Virus record (IMG/VR): IMGVR_UViG_3300049044_000033 | Span: 398,456 to 462,455 of that record | DNA: 64,000 bases | Source of the DNA: a virus | Lineage: Duplodnaviria; Heunggongvirae; Uroviricota; Caudoviricetes | Strand: one strand, 5' to 3' | Part shown: positions 19,502-28,692 of the stretch, one piece after another | How the letters are laid out: each line of letters opens with the position of its first letter | How positions within the stretch are numbered: the stretch's first letter is position 1 | The notes under the pieces: generated by a model | Told to the model about the DNA's origin: nothing | Databases searched by the model: none | The model's input: only the letters and a program-made list of their open reading frames with translations | Program-made: the position numbers and the translations under genes

Positions 19502-20585
19502 TGATCAACTTGTCCAACATAGGAGTGCAGGTCAGATACTGATCAAGAAGCTTTTGCTTCTGTAGACCCATAATATCCTGATATAAGGTGTGATTCACCA
19601 CTAAGTGACGAAGCGCCTTAACCATAGGGTAACGATGAGCCACATAGCAGTCCCAATCAATCGACCATTCACTCGGGTAGAGCAGATCACTGTGGTACAT
19701 CTCACTGTAGGAGAGACGATTTGGCAAGAAGGGAATTGCTCCCACGAGTGTGCCTTCCATGGCCGAAATGCCTAGAGTTTCCTGCAAGTTAGCAGAGAAG
19801 ACAACTTTGGCTTCTCCCAACAGCTTGTGGTATTCATCCTTGGACAGTTTCGTATCCTGACAAACCACAAACTCAATATCAGGCAACTGCTCTGCAAGGT
19901 CGCGGAAGATATCCACTTGCTTCTCGGGTGCTATGCGATGAGGGAAGAGAACAAGGTCACGCTTAGGCATGCCCTCAAACTCCCTCAGAGCGTCAACGAG
20001 TGCGTTATGGGGCTGTCCACTAATCACGCAACGCTTGAGTTCTGCCTCGCGGTCAAGGGGCGATAAATGCCCAAAAAGCACATTGAAGAACAAGTCCCTA
20101 TGAAACTCAGTTGCGAAATAGTTGAAGTGGCTAGCATAAAACAGACCACGCTCGGTATTGTAGGTCCAGCTCTTATCCTTGATCAAACGACCTAGGAAGT
20201 CCTGTGGATCATAGGAGCCTGCATGCCACATGCTGTGGATCTCAACTGGAATACCCATCAGCTCACTCATGTAGCGAACTTGCGTGATACCAGTATGCCA
20301 TGCATCTGTGAACAGAACTTTATCGCCTGGTTTCACTAGACCAGCTTGGAAGAATTCCACAAGCTTATTGACCTGTGAGTTCTTCCAAATGTTGGTCGCG
20401 AAGAAGTCTAAGAAGGCACCCTCAGTGACCTCAGTTGAAGTCTGCTCGCCCGCGATGTTGTGAACACAAACCTGGACACCACGCTCTTGAGCAGTCTGTT
20501 GGATCAGCCTTGGAAGTCCATTATACCACTGACCGGTATAGCGGGTATCTAGTGGCTCAAGAGCCATGATGAAAATGTTTGTCAT
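19494..20585 (-). CDS. GT-B glycosyltransferase (GT4-like)
   Basis: HAGSYDPQD, FPHRIAPEKQ, QETLGISAMEG (Ex7E), PNRLSYSE. Confidence 0.85.
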   Translation of the reverse strand: MTNIFIMALEPLDTRYTGQWYNGLPRLIQQTAQERGVQVCVHNIAGEQTSTEVTEGAFLDFFATNIWKNSQVNKLVEFFQAGLVKPGDKVLFTDAWHTGITQVRYMSELMGIPVEIHSMWHAGSYDPQDFLGRLIKDKSWTYNTERGLFYASHFNYFATEFHRDLFFNVLFGHLSPLDREAELKRCVISGQPHNALVDALREFEGMPKRDLVLFPHRIAPEKQVDIFRDLAEQLPDIEFVVCQDTKLSKDEYHKLLGEAKVVFSANLQETLGISAMEGTLVGAIPFLPNRLSYSEMYHSDLLYPSEWSIDWDCYVAHRYPMVKALRHLVVNHTLYQDIMGLQKQKLLDQYLTCTPMLDKLING

Positions 20586-20586
20586 A

Positions 20587-20841
20587 TCACATCCATGTTA
20601 GTTTAAACAACATTGCTGCCTTAGGGTCCTCGATATCAAGATAGAATATCAAGTAGGTGCATTCTCCGTCACCCTTGCCTAGGTCACGTCTTTCCTGCAT
20701 TGGATAGGCGTCATACTCGAGAGACCTAGAATCTAGCCATTCCTTAACCTCATCACTGAGGACCAGGTCAAAATCTGCCGGGTCATCAGGATGGGATAAG
20801 TTACGCCACTCATATAGAGGTTTGTAGAGCTCGAAGATCAC
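20587..20841 (-). CDS. FKLxW-motif family small protein
   Basis: VKEWL...LDIEDPKAAMLFKLTWM. Confidence 0.75.
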   Translation of the reverse strand: MIFELYKPLYEWRNLSHPDDPADFDLVLSDEVKEWLDSRSLEYDAYPMQERRDLGKGDGECTYLIFYLDIEDPKAAMLFKLTWM

Positions 20842-21209
20842 GCCTTGACCGGATACTCAGCAAAGCTACCATTCTCGCCATCCTCAGATACCTCAATGGT
20901 AATGTGACGACCAGGATACTTGTTGGTGATCTGCCCATAAAGATCATCGCTGATCATCTCGCAAGACTTATAGTCGAGTTCGAGAGTACCAGTACCGTAG
21001 AGGCTTTCGAGCCAACGCTTGAACTGGATGAATTCAAGATCACGGTCATCGTGGAACACTTCGATCCACACCTTGAACTTGAACATGTGGCGATGATCAT
21101 AACCTAGGAACTGAACATCTGCTAGGTTGGGATCAGTAAGGGCTGCGGGGTATTTGTGGACACCCTCTTTTTGGAAAGTGACCCATATCATCTTAAAGTC
21201 TTCTGTCAT
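20838..21209 (-). CDS. QueD-like T-fold protein
   Basis: EGVH.Y, HRHMF, DRDLEFI, KSCEM, VSEDGENG. Confidence 0.78.
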   Translation of the reverse strand: MTEDFKMIWVTFQKEGVHKYPAALTDPNLADVQFLGYDHRHMFKFKVWIEVFHDDRDLEFIQFKRWLESLYGTGTLELDYKSCEMISDDLYGQITNKYPGRHITIEVSEDGENGSFAEYPVKA

Positions 21210-21245
21210 ACCTATTTGTAACAGAATAGGTGAACAGGAGCAATA

Positions 21246-21575
21246 TTATCTGGAGAGCTTCCTAATCAAAGCAGCACTGCGAAGCTTTCGATAAACTGAG
21301 AACTTCGCTAACTCAGGATTGACGAAGATACGGATACCATAGAAATACTCGTGGCGACCTCGAGCTAATTTCTGGTAGAACGGATTCTCTTTTATATCAT
21401 GATCAGAGAGGACCCGCTGTTTTACTCCTGGTTCACCTACGACTAGGAATCCGTCAGGGATGAAGCGTTCCATCATTTTGCGGATACGCTGGTAGTCTTC
21501 AAGGTTAGTTTGAAGCTTGATATACAGATGGTCAGGATGACTACCCTTAGAATAGTTTGTAACTTCTCTGATCAT
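21246..21575 (-). CDS. hypothetical protein
   Basis: 109 aa, coupled. Confidence 0.55.
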   Translation of the reverse strand: MIREVTNYSKGSHPDHLYIKLQTNLEDYQRIRKMMERFIPDGFLVVGEPGVKQRVLSDHDIKENPFYQKLARGRHEYFYGIRIFVNPELAKFSVYRKLRSAALIRKLSR

Positions 21576-21811
21576 AGCCAGGTCAACTTAAACAAAAGAG
21601 CTTTAGCGTCATCATTAAACGTGAACTCGCCCCATCGGTATGACGACACGCGAACGGAGAATGATGCCTTGTTATCTTCACACCATTGCTGAACCTTTGG
21701 ATACAAGATAGCTGTCCAGGATCGACAGCTCAACTGGTCGAGGTAGCACAGAGGTTCTATACCAACTCTACGATTGGTATCGCACTTTGTAGGGACAAGC
21801 AATGTAGTCAT
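21572..21811 (-). CDS. FKLxW-motif family small protein
   Basis: VQQWCEDN...FTFNDDAKALLFKLTWL. Confidence 0.75.
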   Translation of the reverse strand: MTTLLVPTKCDTNRRVGIEPLCYLDQLSCRSWTAILYPKVQQWCEDNKASFSVRVSSYRWGEFTFNDDAKALLFKLTWL

Positions 21812-22122
21812 GGCCGATAGACTAGTCGCTTATTAGCAATCATCTCATTGAACTCGCCTACAAAGATATGCTCTCTTGGAATGTTCCATTCCAAGGCAAA
21901 GTGTCTTGCCTCTTTGATATCATAGAACCTCACATAGGATTCTTGAAGAGCCCGTTTGTAGTGGATCTTTACCGACTTAGGTCGGAAGGATTTCTGACGG
22001 ATGGCAAACCAATAGATCAGTAAGGGATCATACTCACGATACCAGCGCTTCATATCAACATCGAAATCTCTGGATTCCCAGACCCAATGCTCCCTGCGGT
22101 TGAGGATGACACTAACTTCCAT
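21808..22122 (-). CDS. FKLxW-related family protein
   Basis: VRFYDIKEARHFALEW; close paralog of 22157..22567. Confidence 0.7.
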   Translation of the reverse strand: MEVSVILNRREHWVWESRDFDVDMKRWYREYDPLLIYWFAIRQKSFRPKSVKIHYKRALQESYVRFYDIKEARHFALEWNIPREHIFVGEFNEMIANKRLVYRP

Positions 22123-22156
22123 AGCCCTAGCTAGCAGGGTATGGATCCTAACGTCA

Positions 22157-22567
22157 TTATTCGAGAATGAATAGATGGTTTATAGGATACCGACTAAGGA
22201 CGAAGTCAGTTGCAAACTGGATCTTCGCGGTAACCTTAGGAAGTTCCTTGTCGACTACCTTTAGCCACCACTTCTCATCAGTCCTGATACAAATCTCTGG
22301 GATATCAAAGATCAGGGCAAAGAGTCGAGCAGCCTTAAGATCGTCGAACCGCAGAGAGACGACCTTCTTGTTACGCTGGCGGTTCTTGGTCCGGTTATTA
22401 TAGATGGAAGAGACTTTGAACTGAGGCTTATTCTTCTGCGCATTCAACCATTCGTATAAGATGGGATCCATGATCCTATGATAGCTTCCACGATGAACGC
22501 TATTAACGTTTGAATCCCACATCCAATGTAGATTTCGGGTTAGGATGATATCTACGCTCATAAGCAC
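22157..22567 (-). CDS. FKLxW-related family protein
   Basis: LYEWL...LRFDDLKAARLFALIF. Confidence 0.7.
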   Translation of the reverse strand: MLMSVDIILTRNLHWMWDSNVNSVHRGSYHRIMDPILYEWLNAQKNKPQFKVSSIYNNRTKNRQRNKKVVSLRFDDLKAARLFALIFDIPEICIRTDEKWWLKVVDKELPKVTAKIQFATDFVLSRYPINHLFILE

Positions 22568-22685
22568 CTCAAGTCTGCCGTATATCCATTATACAACAAA
22601 CCTAATCTAAAATCAAGCTAAACCCTTGAGAAGTCGCTTGATTCCGCGGTTTTCTGAGGTGAAAGGTGAACTAAAAAGTCACCTT

Positions 22686-22937
22686 TCAGAGCCAAGTGAG
22701 CTTAAACAAGGTAGCGTGTCGGGGATTCTCAAAATAGATCGTTCGATGACGGTGATCAGGTGATTCGCCGTATTGGAATGGAATATTTTGAGAAGTTAGC
22801 CATTCCTGAATCATATCCTTTAGACGGAATCGACTATTGTAATAGGGGTCGGCAGAACTTTTCCAGAGACGTTTATCCAAGATAACATGTCGATGGTCTA
22901 ATCCAAGAAGCTGAGGGTTTGAATAAATCACAACCAC
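22686..22937 (-). CDS. FKLxW-motif family small protein
   Basis: IQEWL...IYFENPRHATLFKLTWL. Confidence 0.75.
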   Translation of the reverse strand: MVVIYSNPQLLGLDHRHVILDKRLWKSSADPYYNSRFRLKDMIQEWLTSQNIPFQYGESPDHRHRTIYFENPRHATLFKLTWL

Positions 22938-23146
22938 CTCATCTTAAACAACATCGCGGACTTACGATCTGGTATGTGTATGATACCTTGTTGGTGAGAT
23001 AATACACGAAAGGAAAATTCCACCTTATGCTCGATTAACCACAAGGTAACCTTACGGGACAAACCTACACGGGTGATAGCATGATTGCTGCTACTATCGA
23101 CAAACTCTAAAAAGGAGCGATCCAAATCAAAGGCGTTATCAAACAT
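22928..23146 (-). CDS. FKLxW-motif family small protein
   Basis: VTLWL...IHIPDRKSAMLFKMRWL. Confidence 0.72.
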   Translation of the reverse strand: MFDNAFDLDRSFLEFVDSSSNHAITRVGLSRKVTLWLIEHKVEFSFRVLSHQQGIIHIPDRKSAMLFKMRWL

Positions 23147-23708
23147 CTTTGGCCTTCTTTGCGTAGGTATTCCAGATCATAAGATCAAAATCTGCGACAC
23201 TCATTCCTGATTGATCGGCTAGGTTGAGGAAGACTTTTTCTAACTCGGCATACTTCTTTCCTCCTGGAGTGCCCTTCTGGTCAGTTAGACCAAGGTCTCG
23301 CATGTGACGAATCACGTGAGTATCTAAGCAGGCAATGCGCTGATTGGGACGAGTATGAAGCATGAAGTAGCGAGCAGTCTTTGCCCCGGCTCCGTGGATT
23401 GCTTCAAGGTCTGCAATCGCACAAGTTTTGAGATTTAAGCTCAGGCTTTGGCTGAATGCCTTTGTGAGCTTGGTATATTGACCCAATCGAGCATTTTTGA
23501 TTGCATCGAGGAGACCGCCGTTGAGATCTAGCTTTGCTGTCATTTCAAACGGGGTCTGATCTCCAATGTGATTATCTTGGAAATATGCCTCAAGGTGCTT
23601 GGCTTGTGTGACCGCTGTTTTACCTGCCACACTGAGGCAGAAGAGCCAGAATTCCTGCAGCTCTGCTTCAGTGCGGTCAAACTTTGTAACGTCAGTTGGA
23701 TCAATCAT
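23139..23708 (-). CDS. HhH DNA glycosylase-like protein (Ogg-like)
   Basis: LEAIHGAGAKTARYF, ACLDTHVIR, Y.ELE..F, FDLMIW. Confidence 0.75.
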   Translation of the reverse strand: MIDPTDVTKFDRTEAELQEFWLFCLSVAGKTAVTQAKHLEAYFQDNHIGDQTPFEMTAKLDLNGGLLDAIKNARLGQYTKLTKAFSQSLSLNLKTCAIADLEAIHGAGAKTARYFMLHTRPNQRIACLDTHVIRHMRDLGLTDQKGTPGGKKYAELEKVFLNLADQSGMSVADFDLMIWNTYAKKAKDV

Positions 23709-23742
23709 AAACCCTCTTAGCAGGGTCGGTGATCAGCTGTCA

Positions 23743-23991
23743 CTAGTCTTGTGAATGAGGGGAGGCTACTCTGAGCCGATTAAGGGGAACCAAAGTTTCG
23801 CCCCTATATGTCTTTGGTTGTCTGATCCAAGCTGTTGGACCTTCGATGAAGATGATCTCGTAGACTGGTCCTTGGTTCATCCCCAAGTAAACTAGAGTTC
23901 CACGTTCTTTAGGTTCTTGGCACCCGGTCTCAAAGGAATAACCAGGGCACAACACATCTGCGTAGGTAGGAAAGCTCATAAGATTTTCCAC
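23743..23991 (-). CDS. hypothetical protein
   Basis: 82 aa, SH3-like beta pattern. Confidence 0.5.
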   Translation of the reverse strand: MENLMSFPTYADVLCPGYSFETGCQEPKERGTLVYLGMNQGPVYEIIFIEGPTAWIRQPKTYRGETLVPLNRLRVASPHSQD

Positions 23992-24002
23992 TATTGTTCG
24001 AT

Positions 24003-24101
24003 CTTGGGGGCCACGCCCGCCCCCACCAAGCTGCTCTGGAACTGCCGTTCCTGCGCGAAGAAAGGAATCACCTCCTCAAGAGTAAAGTTTGGCAGCTTGG
24101 T
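24003..24101 (-). ncRNA. candidate structured RNA containing a perfect Shine-Dalgarno sequence
   Basis: 10-bp closing stem ACCAAGCTGC/GCAGCTTGGT, GGAAC-GGCA-GTTCC GNRA hairpin, GAGGAGGTGAT with no downstream start, GC-rich 3' hairpin. Confidence 0.4.
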
Positions 24102-24103
24102 TT

Positions 24104-24123
24104 GTAGGGCCCGAAGGCCCTAC
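24104..24123 (-). terminator. hairpin after clamp gene
   Basis: GTAGGGCC-TTCG-GGCCCTAC. Confidence 0.7.
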
Positions 24124-24126
24124 ACA

Positions 24127-24888
24127 TCACTTCTTGCGAGCAGGAAGGATGAACTTGTATTCGGCCTGGCCGCTGGCCATGGTGATCTGAAGAGCACCAC
24201 GCGACGAGAACTGAAGCTTGGGATTCTCATCAGCGCCCAGCTTGAGGATTGCCATCACAGGAGCAATACCCCAGTGAAGATCGCCGCCCAGCTCGCCAGA
24301 GACGTTGTCGTCAATGGTCAGGTAAGCACGGTGCATGGACGAACCTTCGTCACCGATGTAGAAGCGCAGCTCATTGTTGCCTTCGTCGTTCTTGACGGTC
24401 TTGACCATGAAGAAGTTCTCGAAAGTGCTGTAAAGACCAGCTAGAGCCTGCAGTTCCTTGAGCTTGGAAGCCGAAGGATCAACTTCAACGTCCCACTGAG
24501 TGCCCAGGAACTTTGCCTGATCAGGAATCAGGTCCTTGGACATCAAACGGTAGGCAGCCGAAGACTTGGTATTCTTGTTTGAGAATACGATTTCCTCAGG
24601 AGTCTGAACGCCATTACGGTCACGACGCTTGACTTCAACCTTAACGGTGTCTTCGTCACCCTTAAACAGAGCGCTGGTAACCAGACCCTGTAGAAGACCA
24701 AGCTGGGACAGACCGAACTCGCCCTTCAGAGCAGGTTCAACATTGAGCAGCTTGCCCTTGACGATAACGGTACGCTCGTTATCCATTGCTTCGACGAGAG
24801 TTTCCTCGTCGCTGCCGGTGATCTTCACAGTGTCGATGAAGCCAAGGCCACCGGTGTGCCTTACGATGTCCTGAAATGTTTCACGCAT
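24127..24888 (-). CDS. DNA sliding clamp (gp45-like)
   Basis: 253 aa, next to polB, DIV.HT..LGF...VKITG N-terminus, Y.FILPA C-terminus. Confidence 0.7.
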   Translation of the reverse strand: MRETFQDIVRHTGGLGFIDTVKITGSDEETLVEAMDNERTVIVKGKLLNVEPALKGEFGLSQLGLLQGLVTSALFKGDEDTVKVEVKRRDRNGVQTPEEIVFSNKNTKSSAAYRLMSKDLIPDQAKFLGTQWDVEVDPSASKLKELQALAGLYSTFENFFMVKTVKNDEGNNELRFYIGDEGSSMHRAYLTIDDNVSGELGGDLHWGIAPVMAILKLGADENPKLQFSSRGALQITMASGQAEYKFILPARKK

Positions 24889-24959
24889 TTGGGAGTTTAT
24901 CCTCTTGTTTTTGGATGTTTACTCTATAATATAGAACAGGTGAGTAAACGTCAATTTGT

Positions 24960-25265
24960 TTAGACTATTTTGACTTCGCATTGGCCACCAAAGCGACCCG
25001 TACCATCAGTGAAGACCTCAACCGCGTAGTTGTCAGAATCCAGCTGAGACGCGAATTTAGTAAATGCTTCCATGTCTTCAGTGGGGATGATCCAGTTGAC
25101 ACCCTTCTTGCCATGAGTCTGGGAGATCAAATAACCACCCCAGCGCAAGTTAGGAAAGTCAGCGAATAGAAGTTCTCCCGTCCGCCGTTCGCACCTAGAT
25201 AGTTCCTCCCGGCTAGGAGTATTCTTACGGTTAATTAGGAGAACTCTATTCATTTCATTCCTCAA
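24960..25265 (-). CDS. hypothetical protein
   Basis: 101 aa, coupled to the polB stop. Confidence 0.5.
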   Translation of the reverse strand: MRNEMNRVLLINRKNTPSREELSRCERRTGELLFADFPNLRWGGYLISQTHGKKGVNWIIPTEDMEAFTKFASQLDSDNYAVEVFTDGTGRFGGQCEVKIV

Positions 25266-28249
25266 AAGCTAAAGAGATCATTAAACGTGGTGTCTTCTCG
25301 AGTCTCACTCAAGTCCCACTTCAACACACCAATCAGGTTGTTGATCTTCTTGTCGATGATCGTGTCTTCCATCAACTCAGAGTCGAAAGGAAGTTCCTTA
25401 TACCACTCTGGCAAGTTGTGCTCGTCAATTGGATAAGCAACGCTATCCATCTTCAGAGGGTTTGGCCTCAGCTTACAAACAATAACCTTCTGACCATCTT
25501 GAATTTCCATCGCATAATGGTCATTGTAGAGCTTGCGAAGCGTGTTCCAATGGATCGCTGCTTGAACGTGTCCGGGAACCCTGACCTTCTCCTTTGGACC
25601 AGACTTCATGATATCCTTCTTGCCGTCTCCGGCAGTCATGCGGCTAACATAGCCCGTAATACCATTAACCTTCTTAGGGGTGCCCTGCTGGTACCCAGGG
25701 AGAGCTCGGAAGTCCTTGCGGAACTCACGAATCATATCGAAAATCAATTCCTTACTACCACCATCTAGCAGAGTGGTGATAATTTTTTCAAGAAATTCCT
25801 GCATAATTTTTGGCGTATCGGCGCGCTTGAGATCTAGACCAACGGCCTTAATCTTACCTGGCTTACCGTTAACGTCAAGACGCACGTTGTCCTTGTCATA
25901 CATTAGGAGCGCATAACGCTTCTTAGTGATGAAGAGACCACGACTTGCAATTAGTTCTCGACCTGCCTTAATGATTGCACCGCGCTCAAGACCAGTATTG
26001 AAAGCAGTATCCATGAAGGGTGGGAAGCTTTCATTGACTGCATTACCAATACCATCATAAAGCTCAATCATCGCATCACGATCATTAAGCATGAAGGACA
26101 GTTCTGGATCATTCTTCAACATGTGGTATGCTGTGAAGTAAACCGAGTCAGTGTCGTTATAGAGAATTGCATCTCCACGAACGTCATAGACGCCAGTGAT
26201 GATCTCATTAGTCTTGCTGCTCATGTGCTTGGTAATAGAGCGACCTGTCAGCGTAACCGACTGACCAATGCGAGCGTCGTAGAAGCGACAACCTTCGTTG
26301 AGGAGCGCACCATAGAGGGAGTTCAGAAGAATCTTACGAGCCTGCTGCCTCTGGTTCCAGAACACTTCATGTTCCTTGGCTTCCTTCTTGTGAGCATCCT
26401 CAATAATAATGAGGTTGTTCTCGATGCGAATAAAGCCATCGCCGACGAGGAAGTCAATTGCATCCTTGTCGCCTGCCTTGATGAAATCAGCTAGGTCGGC
26501 AAACTCAACTTTATTCCTACCATGTTCAACACCGGTCTTGAACTTGTCCCAGTCGACTTCAAAGCCCTTACCAGTAGCTGCCGCTTCACTGAATACAGTT
26601 TCCTTGAACTGCATTGCCTTACGTTCAGAATACCAGCGAGCCAGTAGACCCGGGATGATTGCTTCTACGTCGGTCCTGAAGATAGTACCATTAGCCGTGA
26701 TACAGTAGGGGTTGCCCTGAAGGAAGATGTATTCGTATAGCTGATCACCAGTTACCTGAATCGAGTTACCATCTTCAAAGTCAACGGTCATTACTTCGTT
26801 GGACTTATCAGCAACCATCTGATATTCTAAAGTGCTAAACAGACCTTCCCAACATTCCGGACCGGGAATACCCTGAGCCAATCGACTGTCAATGAGCGCG
26901 TTGGTGCGCTGAAGTCTGATCTGCCCCACAAGAGTCTCTGGACCCATGTTGAGAGCACGAAGTGCTGATGGATACAGGGAGTTGATGTCGCAGCAAGCAA
27001 TCTCGTCATGCAGACCAATCTTAGGCTTAGCCACATAGGCACCGACCACAGGTCGCTTACCGTCTGCGAACTTGAAACTACTTTCTTCGCCATCCTCATC
27101 GTCTTCATCGATATCTTCCTCGATATCAACTTCCCAATCAGGCTTTTTGCGATTAGGCACACATACACCACGCGAGTGAGCCTCGTTGATGATTGCCTGT
27201 TCAATCAGTGCCACAGATCCCATTGTTGTAGGAAGCAGAACTGTATTCGTGTGAGCAATCTGATTAGCCAGTTCGATGAAGCGCTTCTTCTGGTCAATCT
27301 TGTAGAGCAGAAGAGTGTCCTGGCGGTTGTATTCTAGGAACTTGAGAAAGTCCCTCTTATACAAGTTGTCTAGGCTTCCCTCGTAGGGAATCTTGTTTTC
27401 CTTGACCTCAATCTCACCCACATAGTCAAGACGATAGCTGTGGAGTTCCTGAGGATTGTGCTTCTTATAAAGTTCCAAATAGTCAAGGTGGATCCTGCCG
27501 ATTAGATCGTAGGTGTTATGTTCCTTCTTGAATTGGATATACTTCTTCTTACGTGGACGCTGGTTCCACAAACACATCCTCTTGCTATGATCCTTACCCA
27601 TCAGCCGCTCAATGCGATTGACCACGTAGGGAATATCGAAGCCTTTGGAGTTCCAGCCACTCAATACGTCCGAGTCCTCAATGAGGTCTAGAAAGATGTC
27701 AAGCATCTGAACTTCGTCATTACACAAAATTGTATTAGGCAAGCTCTTACAGATTGCTTCAGCGGCTTCCCAAGTCAGATGATCCTTATCACTTTCTGGC
27801 AAGTTTGGCTTCAAGCAGAGAGTGAAGAGTTCATTGTCTTGACTGCGATGGACTGAGATTGCCGTGATTGCGCTGAACGGATCATCCGGACGAGCAAAGC
27901 CACGCATTGGATCAAAGTCCACCTCAATATCGAAGAAAGCTAAGTTGAGAACCGGAGTATCTGCACCAAGGTAGTTTTCTTCAAGACATCGAAAGACAGG
28001 ATTGATATCGCTTTCATGAATCTTACGACTACCCTGCATCCTCAGTTCATTTTGGAACTTCTTGTGCGAGGTAAACGTGCTCTTAGCGACTGGGCGGCCC
28101 CACATATCTTTGTAGCGACCAGCACGAGGATCTTCATAGTAGAAAACGTAGGAGGCCGGAATAGAGCGATAAACCCTCTGGCCTTCAACTCGTTCTACAA
28201 CGAGAATCTCGTCCTTTTCTTTGTCATGGATAGCATCCACGTAGGCCAT
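25262..28249 (-). CDS. family B DNA polymerase (gp43-like)
   Basis: Exo FDIEV, GWNS..FDIPY, YN..D; pol DINSLYPS, KILLNSLYG, YNDTDS, KKRY; clamp-binding-like tail FNDLFSF. Confidence 0.96.
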   Translation of the reverse strand: MAYVDAIHDKEKDEILVVERVEGQRVYRSIPASYVFYYEDPRAGRYKDMWGRPVAKSTFTSHKKFQNELRMQGSRKIHESDINPVFRCLEENYLGADTPVLNLAFFDIEVDFDPMRGFARPDDPFSAITAISVHRSQDNELFTLCLKPNLPESDKDHLTWEAAEAICKSLPNTILCNDEVQMLDIFLDLIEDSDVLSGWNSKGFDIPYVVNRIERLMGKDHSKRMCLWNQRPRKKKYIQFKKEHNTYDLIGRIHLDYLELYKKHNPQELHSYRLDYVGEIEVKENKIPYEGSLDNLYKRDFLKFLEYNRQDTLLLYKIDQKKRFIELANQIAHTNTVLLPTTMGSVALIEQAIINEAHSRGVCVPNRKKPDWEVDIEEDIDEDDEDGEESSFKFADGKRPVVGAYVAKPKIGLHDEIACCDINSLYPSALRALNMGPETLVGQIRLQRTNALIDSRLAQGIPGPECWEGLFSTLEYQMVADKSNEVMTVDFEDGNSIQVTGDQLYEYIFLQGNPYCITANGTIFRTDVEAIIPGLLARWYSERKAMQFKETVFSEAAATGKGFEVDWDKFKTGVEHGRNKVEFADLADFIKAGDKDAIDFLVGDGFIRIENNLIIIEDAHKKEAKEHEVFWNQRQQARKILLNSLYGALLNEGCRFYDARIGQSVTLTGRSITKHMSSKTNEIITGVYDVRGDAILYNDTDSVYFTAYHMLKNDPELSFMLNDRDAMIELYDGIGNAVNESFPPFMDTAFNTGLERGAIIKAGRELIASRGLFITKKRYALLMYDKDNVRLDVNGKPGKIKAVGLDLKRADTPKIMQEFLEKIITTLLDGGSKELIFDMIREFRKDFRALPGYQQGTPKKVNGITGYVSRMTAGDGKKDIMKSGPKEKVRVPGHVQAAIHWNTLRKLYNDHYAMEIQDGQKVIVCKLRPNPLKMDSVAYPIDEHNLPEWYKELPFDSELMEDTIIDKKINNLIGVLKWDLSETREDTTFNDLFSF

Positions 28250-28339
28250 TAGATTCTCCTTCTATTATGTTCTTGGGTGCATATTTATCATAGCACCAGT
28301 TCGATCTAATGTGCGATATTCAGGTGAATTTGAGATAAG

Positions 28340-28365
28340 AATGGACGCCCCGAAGGGCGTCCATT
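28340..28365 (-). terminator. intrinsic terminator
   Basis: AATGGACGCCC-TTCG-GGGCGTCCATT. Confidence 0.75.
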
Positions 28366-28374
28366 TAAGTGCGC

Positions 28375-28629
28375 TTAGGCGCGACCAACGGCAGCGAGGA
28401 TTTCCTCAACTTCGTTGACGGCTTCCTTATCAGCTTCCAAGGAAGCCTTGTGAGCAGCGCGAATAGCCTTGCTGATTGCAGCTGGCTTGAGGTTCAGTTC
28501 TTCAGCAACAGCCTTAACGACTTCGCGGAAGCCACCCTTCAGGTCTTCAACTTCCTGGGTGATCTTCAGACCTTCGTCAATGACGCGCTTTAGCTTCTTG
28601 GCGTCTTCGGCGGTAAGAGTAGTGCTCAT
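28375..28629 (-). CDS. dsDNA-binding protein (T4 DsbA/GapR-like)
   Basis: KLKRVIDEG...EVEDLK...VKAVAEELNLKPAAISKAIR; GGAGA RBS before ATG 28629. Confidence 0.65.
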   Translation of the reverse strand: MSTTLTAEDAKKLKRVIDEGLKITQEVEDLKGGFREVVKAVAEELNLKPAAISKAIRAAHKASLEADKEAVNEVEEILAAVGRA

Positions 28630-28692
28630 TTGTGTTCTCCATGCGAGCGTTTGTTTACCCACATTACAGAACACTACTCTCCTATGTCACTA

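Noticed and set aside
25262-28249. Possible intein or intron in polB
   Set aside because: The ORF is continuous and the insertions lack C/S...HN termini and endonuclease motifs
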